Of a DNA stretch of 64,000 bases, positions 1 through 12,803 are shown piece by piece. The first letter of the stretch is position 1; the number at the start of each line of letters is the position of its first letter. Both the position numbers and the translations under genes were made by a program. The stretch is from Carpediemonas membranifera BICM (taxonomy: Eukaryota; Protista; Fornicata): assembly GCA_019828565.1 (NCBI GenBank), contig JAHDYR010000021.1, positions 154,982 to 218,981 of the forward strand, given 5' to 3'. The notes under the pieces are model-generated. The model saw only the letters and a list, made by a program, of their open reading frames with translations, did no database searches and was not told the origin of the DNA.

Positions 1-974
1 AATCCGGTGCCGACGCTCTTTGTCACAACGAGGTGGCGGACCGAGGCGTTCAGACGATCGGCCTGAAGTCCATCGACCTGGAAATCGGAGAGATACGGCT
101 TAGCGAGGTCTGTAACCGCTGCTGTGGCACGGGAGAGCTCAGTCTTGAGGAGGCCAATATGCTCGGCGGTGACGTACTGCTCGACGGCGGTCTGGATGAG
201 GCAGTTGAGCCAGCTGAGATGCTTAGATGAGTACTGAACAGCGTCACCTTCATCGACGGGAGAATCCGCGGAAACGCTGAGATGGAGAGGTGTGTGCTTC
301 TTCTCGTGGCCGCGAGAGAGCACAGGGAGGAGGTAAAGGAAGAATGCGAAGATTATAACAAGAATTGCCGACGTGAAGCCGAAAAGGAACGAAAGGATCA
401 TCGCTGACTGGACAAATGATCGAATGAGGTCCCCGGAATGTGCAGTCTTCGGCCTGGGTCGCGGCAATGGCTGGCACCACGTCTCGCTATGACCCGCAGT
501 CTCCGAGTCGTTGGGACAACCACCGGCTCAAGTTCGACATTGCCGTTGCTTTTGCCGAGGGCAACTGCTGGGTCTACAATGCCTCTGCTGGCGCGGGTGC
601 CTGCACCTTCTAATTTCCCCGCTCCGGCGACACGGCTGTCGTTCTGGCTTTATTGTGTCTCAGTCTTGATGGCGTTGGGTTCAGTTGGTGTGGTTGGTAT
701 CCTTGCGTGGTAACTGTTGCGATCCGTCAGGAGAGAAGCCCCAGCACGGCGGGCACGGAGGGTGAAAAATGACTTGTTGGATAGCTGTCTTCGGGATCTC
801 ATTGGAAACGTGCCTTCGAGTCGACTCGAGCTTCGGGGTTCGGGTGGTGTGGCAAGAATACCGACTGGTGGATGGTCTAGCAACATTGTCATCGCAGGAT
901 CAAGTTCAGCTGAAGCTGAATTGGACTGACCGTCTGCATCAACTGCTTGGATTCAGACTTGTTCAAGTCGGCAT

Positions 975-3760
975 GACTCACCCCCTCAGCCGATGGCCAC
1001 AGCTGGTAAGCATGCCTGGACGGACTGAGATCGCTGCGCTGAACACACGGCAGCTGTCGAGGTAACCTCTAAACCAGCTCGGGTGGGATCATCCAGACGA
1101 AAAGTGGAGCAACAGCCGCATCACAATCGCACAGAACATGCGCCCAGGCTAATCCGACCAGTGGACGGTTGACATTGAGCAGACCCAGCATATGCGCCCC
1201 TCGCGATAGCATGACTTACTAAACAGCGCTTGACGCGACATTGCAAAATTAACATTTACTCCTCATAGCACATTGCGCCCTGCATCTCGTCGAAGGAAAT
1301 GATGACACGGGCATCGAGAGCGATGACGGCGTCGGTCTTGGCGAGGAGGGGTTGATGTCGAGCTCCTTGACGATCTTGAGATCGGAAATGAGGTAAGAGA
1401 ACTTGACGAGGGTCTCGGCGAGGCCCTGGAGGTCGACGGCGGGCTCGCCACGGAAGCCCTTGAGCGCCTTGTAGATCTTGGTCTTCTCGATCGTCGCCTT
1501 GGCCTCCTCGAGGTTGAGCGGGGGATGGCGAGCGCAGAGTCCTTGAAGATCTCGACGAGGACACCGCCGGCACCGAACACGAGGACGGGGCCGTACTGGG
1601 GTCGCGGTTCATGCCGATGATGACCTCGGAGCCCTTGAGGTCGATCATGGCCTGGACGGTGACGCCGAGGAAGCCGGGGCGGCCGATGCGCTGCTCCATG
1701 TCCTTGTAGACGGCGATGACCTCCTCCTCGGTCTTGAGGTTGACCTTGACACCGCCGACATCGGACTTGTGGGTGATGGTCTCAGAGTGGATCTTGACGA
1801 CCACGGGGAAGCCGATCTCCTTGGCCTTCTGGGCGGCCTCCTCGGGGGTGAAGGCGACCTCGGTGGCGCAGATCTTGATGCCGTAGGCCTCGAGGACCTT
1901 CTTGGACTCATACTCGGTAAGGTAAGAGCGCTTGGCGTCGTAGGCCTCCTTCATGATGGCCATAGCGGCGTCCTTGGCGCCAGCGGGCACGAGGTCCTTG
2001 CTGCTGAGGGTCTCGTTCTTGGTGAGGTCGGCGATGGTGCGGCCGTACTTGACGAGGTAGTTCCACATGCGGACGGCGAGGTCGGGGTACTCGAAGCAGG
2101 GGATGCCAGCCTGGCGGAGGACGTTGCGGCCCTCCTGGACGTCCTTGCCACCGACCCAGGAGGCGATGACGGGCTTGCCAGTGGAGGTGGCGTATTCTGC
2201 GAGGTGCTTGGCGGTGGCAGTCGCGTCGGTCACACCCTGGGGGGTGAGGATGACGAGCATGCCGTCGGCGTTGGGGTCGCGAGCAGCGATGGCGAGGGAG
2301 CCGGCGTAGGTCTGGGGAGGAGCGTCGCCGAGGATGTCAACAGGGTTGTTGCGGGACCAGGCGGCGGGGAGGAAGTCGTTGAGCTCCTTGAAGGTGCCCT
2401 CGGACAACTTGGTCAGCTCGGAGCCGCCGGAGATAAGAGCATCGGTGGAGATGACACCGGGGCCACCAGCGTTGGTGACGATGGTGAGGCGGGGGCCAGC
2501 AGGGAGGGGCTGGGCGGCGACGACGTCGGCGAGGAGGAAGAGGTCCTGGATCTCGTTGACGCGGAGGACACCGCAGCGCTCGAAGAGGGTGTCGAGGACG
2601 TCGTCGGAGCCGGCAAGGGAGCCAGTGTGGGAGGCGACGGCGGAGGCACCAGCGGCGGTACGGCCGGACTTGATGACGATGATGGGCTTCTTGGGGGAAA
2701 CCTTCTTGGCGGCGCGGTAGAAGGACTCGGCATCGCCGAGGCCCTCGATGTAGCAGATGATGGCCTCGGTGTTGTCATCGGAGCCATAGTAGTCGATGAT
2801 ATCTCCCCAGTCGAGGTCGAGCATGGAGCCGATGGAGACGAAGCCAGAGAAGCCGAGGCCGATGGTCAGGGACCAGTCGAGGACGGCACAGCAGAGGGCA
2901 CCGGACTGGGAGATGAAAGCAACCTTGCCGGGCTTGGTCAGGGAGCCGGCGAAGGTGCCGTTGTAGCCGTAGTGGGAGTTCTGGACACCGAGGCAGTTAG
3001 GGCCAACGATGCGGAACTTGCCCTGAGCAATTTCCATGATGTCCTTCTCGAGCTTGATGCCGGGTTCACCCATCTCCTTGAAACCAGCAGAGATGATGAT
3101 GCCACCGGGGATGCCCTTCTGAACGCACTCCTTGACAGCGTTAGCGCAGAAGCGAGCGGGGATGACAAGGATGGCGGTATCGGGGGTCTCGGGGAGGTCA
3201 AGAACAGACTTGTAGCACTTGCGGCCAAGGACAGTCTCTCTGGTGGGGTTCACGGGGTAGAACTCGCCAGAGAAATCAAGAAGGTTCTCAGCCATAGTAC
3301 GGCCAACACCGGGCTTCTCAGAAGCGCCAATGAGCGCAACGGAGCGAGGGGCGAAGATGTTATCAAGAGCGTGCACCATTTTGAGGTTTCTTCGAAAACT
3401 GCTGACGGCTGATCCTGGGGAGATCGCAAATCAAAATGCATCTTACTGCATCTCCAGAGCGGCGTCGAGTCGGCCTTGCCGCATTGCCCAACTGGGCCGA
3501 GTTGCGAACCTGACAGGTCGTTGAACGAGCCGCAAAACTTGCCGGCAGCGTCTGTGTAAGATGACAAAACGGCGCGCTGAAGTGGTCAAGGGCTCCTGGG
3601 GTACCGCCCGGCTTCCTAGGGCGACACAGTGCACAGTTTAAATTTTCAAGCCGGAATCAGTCAATGAAAGTCCTGGCCGTCAACGTTCGAAATTCTGTTA
3701 ATTCCGGCGCGCCTTCCGCGAATCTGGTGCACAGTCGGCGTATCGGCGACATGGGGGGCG
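975..3760. repeat. Left arm of ~2.8-kb inverted duplication (partner 4144-6935)
   Basis: Reverse complement is near-identical to 4144-6935, including the 5' and 3' flanks; 383-bp unique spacer at 3761-4143. Confidence 0.95.
1256..3379 (-). CDS. Acetyl-CoA synthetase (ADP-forming) / acetate-CoA ligase, fused alpha-beta type, copy 1; homopolymer frameshifts near the C-terminus
   Basis: CoA-binding N-terminus (SVALIGAS, YPVNP), GPNCLG, SQSGA, phospho-His motif ASHTGSLAG, NPVDILGDA, ATP-grasp HKSDVGGV; the C-terminal reading frame is restored by comparison with copy 2. Confidence 0.92.
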   Translation of the reverse strand: MVHALDNIFAPRSVALIGASEKPGVGRTMAENLLDFSGEFYPVNPTRETVLGRKCYKSVLDLPETPDTAILVIPARFCANAVKECVQKGIPGGIIISAGFKEMGEPGIKLEKDIMEIAQGKFRIVGPNCLGVQNSHYGYNGTFAGSLTKPGKVAFISQSGALCCAVLDWSLTIGLGFSGFVSIGSMLDLDWGDIIDYYGSDDNTEAIICYIEGLGDAESFYRAAKKVSPKKPIIVIKSGRTAAGASAVASHTGSLAGSDDVLDTLFERCGVLRVNEIQDLFLLADVVAAQPLPAGPRLTIVTNAGGPGVISTDALISGGSELTKLSEGTFKELNDFLPAAWSRNNPVDILGDAPPQTYAGSLAIAARDPNADGMLVILTPQGVTDATATAKHLAEYATSTGKPVIASWVGGKDVQEGRNVLRQAGIPCFEYPDLAVRMWNYLVKYGRTIADLTKNETLSSKDLVPAGAKDAAMAIMKEAYDAKRSYLTEYESKKVLEAYGIKICATEVAFTPEEAAQKAKEIGFPVVVKIHSETITHKSDVGGVKVNLKTEEEVIAVYKDMEQRIGRPGFLGVTVQAMIDLKGSEVIIGMNRDPSTAPSSCSVPAVSSSRSSRTLRSPSPAQPRGGQGDDREDQDLQGAQGLPWRARRRPPGPRRDPRQVLLPHFRSQDRQGARHQPLLAKTDAVIALDARVIISFDEMQGAMCYEE

Positions 3761-4143
3761 TATTGGTGCATTTTTGTTGCCGAGCTAGACAGCTTCAGGT
3801 TATACCGAATTGGATTCTGTTGGATTCGGATCTGCATCAGATTCGTCAAATCTTGTCACAGGATCAACGACAAACAATTTTACAATCGGGTTCACGGGGT
3901 GACCAGTATGTCTCAGATTCAGCTTGGGTGGCTGTCTCAGTCGATTTCGGAAGATTGAAACCGAATCTCCGTCCAAACAAAATTGAAGAAACGAGACCAC
4001 TAGCCCCTTGGGTACGGTCATTGTCTTCCCTGAAATCATCGGGCGGTACGCGAGATTCGGTCAATCTCGAAATTCGCGTGATCTGGTCGGGTCCACCCGG
4101 AATGATGGTAATCGCTTAGTGGCATTGTGATGTTTCTTCTCGG

Positions 4144-6935
4144 CGCCCCCCATGTCGCCGATACGCCGACTGTGCACCAGATTCGCGGAAGGCGCGCCGG
4201 AATTAACAGAATTTCGAACGTTGACGGCCAGGACTTTCATTGACTGATTCCGGCTTGAAAATTTAAACTGTGCACTGTGTCGCCCTAGGAAGCCGGGCGG
4301 TACCCCAGGAGCCCTTGACCACTTCAGCGCGCCGTTTTGTCATCTTACACAGACGCTGCCGGCAAGTTTTGCGGCTCGTTCAACGACCTGTCAGGTTCGC
4401 AACTCGGCCCAGTTGGGCAATGCGGCAAGGCCGACTCGACGCCGCTCTGGAGATGCAGTAAGATGCATTTTTGATTTGCGATCTCCCCAGGATCAGCCGT
4501 CAGCAGTTTTCGAAGAAACCTCAAAATGGTGCACGCTCTTGATAACATCTTCGCCCCTCGCTCCGTTGCGCTCATTGGCGCTTCTGAGAAGCCCGGTGTT
4601 GGCCGTACTATGGCTGAGAACCTTCTTGATTTCTCTGGCGAGTTCTACCCCGTGAACCCCACCAGAGAGACTGTCCTTGGCCGCAAGTGCTACAAGTCTG
4701 TTCTTGACCTCCCCGAGACCCCCGATACCGCCATCCTTGTCATCCCCGCTCGCTTCTGCGCTAACGCTGTCAAGGAGTGCGTTCAGAAGGGCATCCCCGG
4801 TGGCATCATCATCTCTGCTGGTTTCAAGGAGATGGGTGAACCCGGCATCAAGCTCGAGAAGGACATCATGGAAATTGCTCAGGGCAAGTTCCGCATCGTT
4901 GGCCCTAACTGCCTCGGTGTCCAGAACTCCCACTACGGCTACAACGGCACCTTCGCCGGCTCCCTGACCAAGCCCGGCAAGGTTGCTTTCATCTCCCAGT
5001 CCGGTGCCCTCTGCTGTGCCGTCCTCGACTGGTCCCTGACCATCGGCCTCGGCTTCTCTGGCTTCGTCTCCATCGGCTCCATGCTCGACCTCGACTGGGG
5101 AGATATCATCGACTACTATGGCTCCGATGACAACACCGAGGCCATCATCTGCTACATCGAGGGCCTCGGCGATGCCGAGTCCTTCTACCGCGCCGCCAAG
5201 AAGGTTTCCCCCAAGAAGCCCATCATCGTCATCAAGTCCGGCCGTACCGCCGCTGGTGCCTCCGCCGTCGCCTCCCACACTGGCTCCCTTGCCGGCTCCG
5301 ACGACGTCCTCGACACCCTCTTCGAGCGCTGCGGTGTCCTCCGCGTCAACGAGATCCAGGACCTCTTCCTCCTCGCCGACGTCGTCGCCGCCCAGCCCCT
5401 CCCTGCTGGCTCCCCCGCCTCACCATCGTCACCAACGCTGGTGGCCCCGGTGTCATCTCCACCGATGCTCTTATCTCCGGCGGCTCCGAGCTGACCAAGT
5501 TGTCCGAGGGCACCTTCAAGGAGCTCAACGACTTCCTCCCCGCCGCCTGGTCCCGCAACAACCCTGTTGACATCCTCGGCGACGCTCCTCCCCAGACCTA
5601 CGCCGGCTCCCTCGCCATCGCTGCTCGCGACCCCAACGCCGACGGCATGCTCGTCATCCTCACCCCCCAGGGTGTGACCGACGCGACTGCCACCGCCAAG
5701 CACCTCGCAGAATACGCCACCTCCACTGGCAAGCCCGTCATCGCCTCCTGGGTCGGTGGCAAGGACGTCCAGGAGGGCCGCAACGTCCTCCGCCAGGCTG
5801 GCATCCCCTGCTTCGAGTACCCCGACCTCGCCGTCCGCATGTGGAACTACCTCGTCAAGTACGGCCGCACCATCGCCGACCTCACCAAGAACGAGACCCT
5901 CAGCAGCAAGGACCTCGTGCCCGCTGGCGCCAAGGACGCCGCTATGGCCATCATGAAGGAGGCCTACGACGCCAAGCGCTCTTACCTTACCGAGTATGAG
6001 TCCAAGAAGGTCCTCGAGGCCTACGGCATCAAGATCTGCGCCACCGAGGTCGCCTTCACCCCCGAGGAGGCCGCCCAGAAGGCCAAGGAGATCGGCTTCC
6101 CCGTGGTCGTCAAGATCCACTCTGAGACCATCACCCACAAGTCCGATGTCGGCGGTGTCAAGGTCAACCTCAAGACCGAGGAGGAGGTCATCGCCGTCTA
6201 CAAGGACATGGAGCAGCGCATCGGCCGCCCCGGCTTCCTCGGCGTCACCGTCCAGGCCATGATCGACCTCAAGGGCTCCGAGGTCATCATCGGCATGAAC
6301 CGCGACCCCCAGTACGGCCCCGTCCTCGTGTTCGGTGCCGGCGGTGTCCTCGTCGAGATCTTCAAGGACTCTGCGCTCGCCATCCCCCCGCTCAACCTCG
6401 AGGAGGCCAAGGCGACGATCGAGAAGACCAAGATCTACAAGGCGCTCAAGGGCTTCCGTGGCGAGCCCGCCGTCGACCTCCAGGGCCTCGCCGAGACCCT
6501 CGTCAAGTTCTCTTACCTCATTTCCGATCTCAAGATCGTCAAGGAGCTCGACATCAACCCCCTCCTCGCCAAGACCGACGCCGTCATCGCTCTCGATGCC
6601 CGTGTCATCATTTCCTTCGACGAGATGCAGGGCGCAATGTGCTATGAGGAGTAAATGTTAATTTTGCAATGTCGCGTCAAGCGCTGTTTAGTAAGTCATG
6701 CTATCGCGAGGGGCGCATATGCTGGGTCTGCTCAATGTCAACCGTCCACTGGTCGGATTAGCCTGGGCGCATGTTCTGTGCGATTGTGATGCGGCTGTTG
6801 CCCCACTTTTCGTCTGGATGATCCCACCCGAGCTGGTTTAGAGGTTACCTCGACAGCTGCCGTGTGTTCAGCGCAGCGATCTCAGTCCGTCCAGGCATGC
6901 TTACCAGCTGTGGCATCGGCTGAGTGGGATGAGTC
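4144..6935. repeat. Right arm of inverted duplication
   Basis: Reverse complement of 975-3760. Confidence 0.95.
4526..6654 (+). CDS. Acetyl-CoA synthetase (ADP-forming), copy 2; one apparent 2-nt frameshift near 5410
   Basis: ORFs 4526-5494 and 5500-6654 together give the same protein as copy 1, ending ELDINPL...ALDARVI. Confidence 0.92.
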
Positions 6936-7064
6936 GGGCTGCATCATGGAGCCAAACATGACGCCATCATATGATGAGGATATGACTTGTCTCGTTCCCA
7001 GCTGAGTTCATCCAACATGACACACCAGCACGCGATGCGAGTCCATTTATAACACCATACACCC

Positions 7065-8069
7065 TCATTCCGCATCCCGCCGGTCAAAGTGGGTGATCTG
7101 CAGCTTTCCCTCCTTCGACGCGTATGCCAGCATCGTACCGTCTTCCGACCAGGCCGCCACAGGGCCAAAATTCCCATGCCGCTGCCTTACGAAGTGCAGC
7201 TGCATGTCCTCATAAATGGACACGCTCTTCTCAGTTACTACGGCCACGAGCATGGGATAGTAGAGGCCGGCCTCCCGGGTCTGCTCGCTGCGGACAGCGA
7301 TGGAGAGAATAGAGCTCTCCAACTCCACGCTAGCGACGGGCACGAGCACAGGGGCGTTCTTGCTGCTGAACAGGGTCAGCGTACCACTGTTCTGGCCCAT
7401 GAGAACCACCCCGTTGCCCACAGCGAGAGCTGTGAATGGGTCTGCCCTTGGCGCGTGTTGCTCGGCAAGCACGGCCATCTGCGGATCGTTATCACACCGC
7501 ATGATGGTCAGTGCCGAGGGGCTGGCAACTGCCATCAGCGTCGACTGAGATACGGAGAGGAGCGCCGCGTCAAAGGCACCAGGAACCCTACCGATAGACA
7601 CGGCATCACCGGACGCCATGTCCATGTGGCAGGCGAGGTCCAGGCCGCAGAGGGCGAGGTACTGCTCATCATTGCTCTCGGTCAGCCCGCGGATGCTGGT
7701 AATCGGTACGTTGAGCTCTGTGCCAAAGTGGGTGAGGGGCACCTTGTCGAACTCCCCGTTTGATACGTAGGCCTCGAGGTCTGCGATCTGGATGCTTCCG
7801 TCAGTAATCCACATATATTGTATGGCCTCTCCCTCTGCGACAATGTCCGCGATGTATATTGAGTGTATCCGGTTCAAGCTTGTGGAATAGTTGTGAAGCA
7901 GCGTCAGGGCGCGGTCCGTGACCTTCCATAGGAGCACATGGCCGTTGGACAGCCCCGTGGTAAGATGCTGGCCATTTGACGCGAATGTAAGCGATGTAAT
8001 GACCGCATCCTCTTGACGCAGCTCATGCTGGCTCGTAGAGGCGACGCTATAGAACGTTTCCTCCCCCAT
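7065..8069 (-). CDS. WD40/beta-propeller-like protein
   Basis: ITSLTFASNGQHLTTGLSNGHVLLWKV and AAWSEDGTMLAYASKEGKLQI resemble WD blades; start taken at MGEET. Confidence 0.6.
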   Translation of the reverse strand: MGEETFYSVASTSQHELRQEDAVITSLTFASNGQHLTTGLSNGHVLLWKVTDRALTLLHNYSTSLNRIHSIYIADIVAEGEAIQYMWITDGSIQIADLEAYVSNGEFDKVPLTHFGTELNVPITSIRGLTESNDEQYLALCGLDLACHMDMASGDAVSIGRVPGAFDAALLSVSQSTLMAVASPSALTIMRCDNDPQMAVLAEQHAPRADPFTALAVGNGVVLMGQNSGTLTLFSSKNAPVLVPVASVELESSILSIAVRSEQTREAGLYYPMLVAVVTEKSVSIYEDMQLHFVRQRHGNFGPVAAWSEDGTMLAYASKEGKLQITHFDRRDAE

Positions 8070-8137
8070 GTCTGAGATGGAGGGGTAAAACTGCGAGATG
8101 ACTCCCAGGGCATGCCACCGGGCCCTAACCGCTATGT

Positions 8138-8605
8138 TTACTTGGCATACTGCTTGGCGTTGACGCCCTCCTTGTTTCTCGCGATCTCGATGGCGAGATA
8201 CTGGCATCTGGGGACAATGATGGTGTTGTGCTCGTCGCAGTCCTTCTTGCAGTCAACACGGAGCAGCGTCGCCATGTTCCAGTCGGGGATCTTGCCTTCG
8301 AACGGCATCAGGAATGGCCTCCACTTCTTCTTGGCATCCTCGGACTTGAGCTCCTCCTCCTCGACGGCATCGATGTTCAGCTCGGGAAAAGCGAAACGGA
8401 ACGAAGAATAGATAAGATCGTCGATCTTAGTCATTCTGAACGTCGTGAGGTCCTTGACAGACTTGCGCAGACGATCATACGTCTCTGCATACTTCTAGGT
8501 GAGTGCCGAGGGAAAAAAACAAACAGCAGCCTTCATCGCCCAGTTCAGCTCAATCTGAGCATCGTTGCTTACGCCTTCCTCGAAAGGATCGTGCTTTGGG
8601 GCCAT
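8138..8605 (-). CDS. PBDC1: PBDC1 (polysaccharide biosynthesis domain) protein, one short intron near 8497-8523
   Basis: IELNWAMKA (exon 1); DDLIYSSFR, LKSEDAKKKWRPF, NMATLLRVD, PRCQYLAIEIARNKEG. Confidence 0.85.
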
Positions 8606-8816
8606 CCTCGCGTCTCACAGTCACCGGCAGTTTAAGGTTCTTGACTAATGCTCTGAAACGAGCACCCCGACCCACATAGGCCTTGCCTACAGGTATCGGG
8701 CATCGTCAAGTAGAGACACGTTAAACTGCCGCCGCCCTCACATTGTCGTCATCACTGCCTTCGTGACACCAATCAGAAGATGCATGCTATTTAGTAGTAA
8801 CCGAGGACCATATGTT

Positions 8817-9395
8817 TCACACATCGAGCAGCCCGTCCAGCATTGCCTCGTCCTCGTCGTCGAGCACGCTATCATACAGAGACTTATCCGCCCGGGTGTC
8901 GACCAGCCTGATACCCGGACTGGCAGTCTTCTCCACGGCCATGCCGGCAAGGTTTGCCATGCGGTACTTCTCGGGGTCGAAGCCCGGGCTTGCTTGATAG
9001 AGCTTGCTCGCGGACATCAATTTGCTCGTGGGAAGCTCGTATGCCTCGTCCTCTTCGAGAAGGCCCTCGATATCTTCGTCAAGGAACCTGTCGAGCTGAT
9101 CAATGGACGCTTTGGATGCAGTATTCGGGTTGTGCTGCTGTTGTTCGCGCTGAGGCGCTCGTCGTGCACTGGCGGCGGTGTTGGCGTCATATGATGTGCG
9201 AGATGTATGTATAGGCGTGGAAGTTGCACTAGCTCCTGGGGCCCGTGGAGTTGAACGCGCTGATGACTGATGTGGAACATTTGGTGTGCCACGAGCAGAG
9301 GGATGGGCAGATCGCGCTGAATCAAGCGCCATTTCAGGAATATTGTTATGTTTTGGTAGTTCGTCGTTTTTCGGCGCAGATGAACCTGCTCCCAT
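8817..9395 (-). CDS. Hypothetical protein with N-myristoylation-like start (MGAGSS)
   Basis: 192-aa ORF with MGxxxS motif and acidic C-terminus. Confidence 0.6.
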   Translation of the reverse strand: MGAGSSAPKNDELPKHNNIPEMALDSARSAHPSARGTPNVPHQSSARSTPRAPGASATSTPIHTSRTSYDANTAASARRAPQREQQQHNPNTASKASIDQLDRFLDEDIEGLLEEDEAYELPTSKLMSASKLYQASPGFDPEKYRMANLAGMAVEKTASPGIRLVDTRADKSLYDSVLDDEDEAMLDGLLDV

Positions 9396-9616
9396 TCGTC
9401 GTTGTAGTTTTTATCGATTTCGGAGAGCATATTCTGCACCGAGTTGTTATGTTGCACTCTGTCATGCCATGCCAGCTGAGCGACACACAACGAATGGGCC
9501 AAGGTGCGTTTAGCCACATCTCAACGCCACACAGCTCATGATCAGCCGACGCGTGTACCCGGCCCCTTGACAAGCCCCACTCATACGGTATTGAACAAAA
9601 CCTGCCCTGCCTTGGT

Positions 9617-12600
9617 CTACCGTCCCCTGCGTGCCGATCCGATTCGCTGCGACCCCCCGGTCGTCTTCCCCCCAAGGTTCAGGGGCGGCAACTGCCCTGC
9701 GCTCCCGCTGCCCGGCTTCGACCGGCCCAAGGGGTCAATCACTCCAACATTGGGGGTCCGACTGAACGTCTTGTTGTAGCTCTCCTCCCTGTTGACGAGC
9801 TCCCGCTTGTAGTACTCGATCTCCCGTCTTAGTCGGCCCATGACCTGCTGCTGCTCAGCGGCCATCTGCTCAAGCTCGGCGATGGCCTCGAGGTCCTCCT
9901 GGCGTGGCGGGCGACTGTCGAAGTCGCGGCGCTCGGACTCGTATTGCGCCAGGAGCTCCTCGTAGCGGGATTCGAGATCGTATCTGAGATTTTCCATATC
10001 TGTGGTCAATCTGTCGATCTCTGCGTCCTTCTCGCTCCGTGCGACCTCGATCTCCTCCTGCGCTCTCCGAAGCTCGTCGGCCAGCCTCTGCTGGAACAAC
10101 ACGCGCTCCTCCTTGAGCGTCGCGTCCCCGTCCGCGGCCGTTTGGGCTATCCTCTTCTTAGCGTCGTCCAGAGTGACAACGAGTGCGTCGTGCGACTGCA
10201 TGAGACTGTCAAACCTCTCCTGCAGCCCGAGGAGGTCTCGATCCCGGCTCTCGACCGTCGCCTCTGCCTGGGCGATCACCTGCTGAAGCCCACGGACCTT
10301 GGCCGCGGCCTCTTCCTGCTGGGCCCGCATGGTCGCCATCACCTGCTCGACCCCAGCGGCGTGTTCAGCCCCCAACCTGTTCAGCGCGGCCTCCTTATCC
10401 GCAGCCAGGTCAGCTTCGAGCTTGTCCAGGGCCGCCCGGTGGTCCTTCTCGAGCCTGGCGACGGCTGCTTCGTGCTGGTCCATTGTCTCGTTCATAGACA
10501 CCTTAGCAGCTGTAGCGGCTTCCTGTGCGGCCTGGCCCATCATCTTGAGCTTCTCCTCGAGTTCGTCCACGCGGGTCTGCCACTCACCGGCGCTGGCGTC
10601 GTTCGCCTTGAGCGCGGCCTTGAGCTTCTCTTCATGGACCCGGTCCTTCTCGTCCAAGGCATCAGCCATTTCTTCCCGAAGAGCCTCGAGGTCGGATGCC
10701 CGAGCTGCCTTCGCCTCCTCCAGGGCTGCCCTCAACTTGCCGACAGTCGCCTGCTCCTCCGCGATCCGTTCGTCCTGGGCCGCCACGGTGTCTCTGAGCG
10801 ACGCCAGCTCTCTGTCGGCCTTCCCGTTGGCCGCCAGACTCAGCTCCAGCTGACTGTGCTTTGAGTCGAGCTCGGCCAGCAGCGTCTGCACCCGCTCCTC
10901 GAGCCCGGTCACCTGAGAGTCGGTGGAGTCTGCCATGGACGACACACGGTCCTGCAGCTCGGCCATGCGGGCAGTGGTGCTCTCAAGGTCTGTTTTGAGC
11001 GCGGTGTTGTCCTCTGTCAAACCCTCGATGGTCGACTCAGCCTTCTCAGCGGCAGATGCGGCATCCTTGGCCGCCTGGTCCATCTCCTGCCGGATCTGGG
11101 CGATCTCGGCCTCCTTCTCGGCCTCAATCGCGGTTACACGCTCCTCTGCAGCAGCTGTCGCCTCCTGTGCTTCCCTCAGCTCAACTCCGAGCCGGTCGAC
11201 CTGCGCGGCAAGGGCCTCAGCCCGTTTCACGGCATCACTAGCCCTAGCGTCCCCGGTCTGGACTGTCTGGGCGATCCTGGCCCTGAGGGCGTCAGTCTCC
11301 TCCCGCTCGAGGGCGAGCTTCTCCTTGAGGGCAGTGATGTTGTCACCGAGGTCGACCGCCTTCTTGGCCCAGTCGACCGCCTCGGCCTTGGAGTCGGCCA
11401 GCTCGGTGTCGAGTTGCTCGACCTTGGCCTGCAGCTGGGCAACTGTGGCGCGCTCAGTCGCAAGGTCGGTGTCGGTCCGAGTCTGACCCTCCTTAGAATC
11501 CGCCAGCTGCTCTGCGAGCTCGACCGCCTTGGCCTCAAACTTGTCCCTGCTGACCGTGGTCGCCTGTAGTCTCTCGCGTGTCTCGTCGAGCTGGCGTCGG
11601 ACGTTGTCGAGCTCAGCCTTAACCTGCGAGACGAGCTCATCGCTCGCTGACCCCTCGCTGGCCAGGGCCGCGGCCTTCTCCTTCTCCTGCTCGAGCTCTG
11701 CGGCAAGACTGCTCTCCCGCTTCTCTGACTCCTCCAGGCTCAACTTGACCTGCTCGAGCTCATCCTCAAGCTGGGCGATCTCCTTGTTCTTTGAGATCAT
11801 CATTTCAGCACTGTTCCGGAGGTCTCCGGTCATTCTCTTGTTCTGCGCCTCGAACCCAGCAATCTTCACGGCGTACTCATCCCCGCGGTCCCGGATCATC
11901 TTCTCGAGCTCCTCGTTCGCCTGAGTCAGTCTTGCGACCTCATCCCTCAGCCTTGCAGCCTCACCGTCCGCCGCACTGTGTTGGAGTCTGAGCCCGCTGA
12001 GGGCGACCACCTCCTTGTCGTACCGGGCCTGCAGCAGGGCTCGGGACTCGCGCTCGTGGGCCAGTTCCTCTGTGAGCTGAGCATTACGATCATTTGCGGC
12101 CGAAAGCTCAGTCTTGGCGTCGTTCTCGCGGGACTCGGCGGCATTCACCTGGCCGAGAAGCTCGTCTCTCAGCGACTTGAGCTGGCCCTCGGCTTCAGTC
12201 CTCGCGGCCCGCATCTCCTCAGTGAACACGGCGCCCTTTCTCTCGAGCTCGGCCCTGCTTTCGTCCATCACACGCCGCAGCTCGGCCTCGTGGTCAGCGT
12301 CCGACCCTGCCCGGGACTCCTGCAGCCTGGCCAGCTCTCGCTCAAGCTCCTGGGCCTTGTCCTGCTTGGCGATGACTGCGTCCTTTGCTTTCCGCACATC
12401 GTCGCTGATCTTGTCCACCCTGGCTCGTGAGGCCCGTTTGATCTCAGCTAGCCGTGCCTCGCAGTCGGACTTATACTTCTGGAACCGCTCGATGAACTGC
12501 TCGCGCTCTAGCTGGTGCTGGTGGTTGAGTTTCTGCAGTGCGTCCTGTACGAGCTCGCATTCCTGTTGCTCATGAATGCGGTCCTTGAAAAGGTTCATGC

Positions 12601-12803
12601 GATGCGTCGTTTCTTCAAGGAGGGCCGTAATTTCGTCTTCATAGCGGCCAGTGAGGCCCTGCATAGCGAGCTCGCTGTCCTCCGTCTGGATAATCGAGAT
12701 GAGTGGGGAAACGAACCTTGCTGTTGAGATGGTAGATGACCTTTGTCAGCTGTGCAATCTTCTTCGACATTTTGAAGTGGACGTCATCGTAAGGCGGCCT
12801 CAT
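9617..12803 (-). CDS. FAM184-like long coiled-coil protein (short intron near 12690-12717)
   Basis: N-terminal DVHFKMSKKIAQLTKVIYHLNSK and C-terminal ELVNREESYNKTFSRTPNVG match my recollection of FAM184 motifs; 1015-aa heptad-rich exon. Confidence 0.8.

Noticed and set aside
1-970. Short ORFs at the window start, and at 14828-15360
   Set aside because: No recognisable motifs or consistent frame; cannot support a gene call
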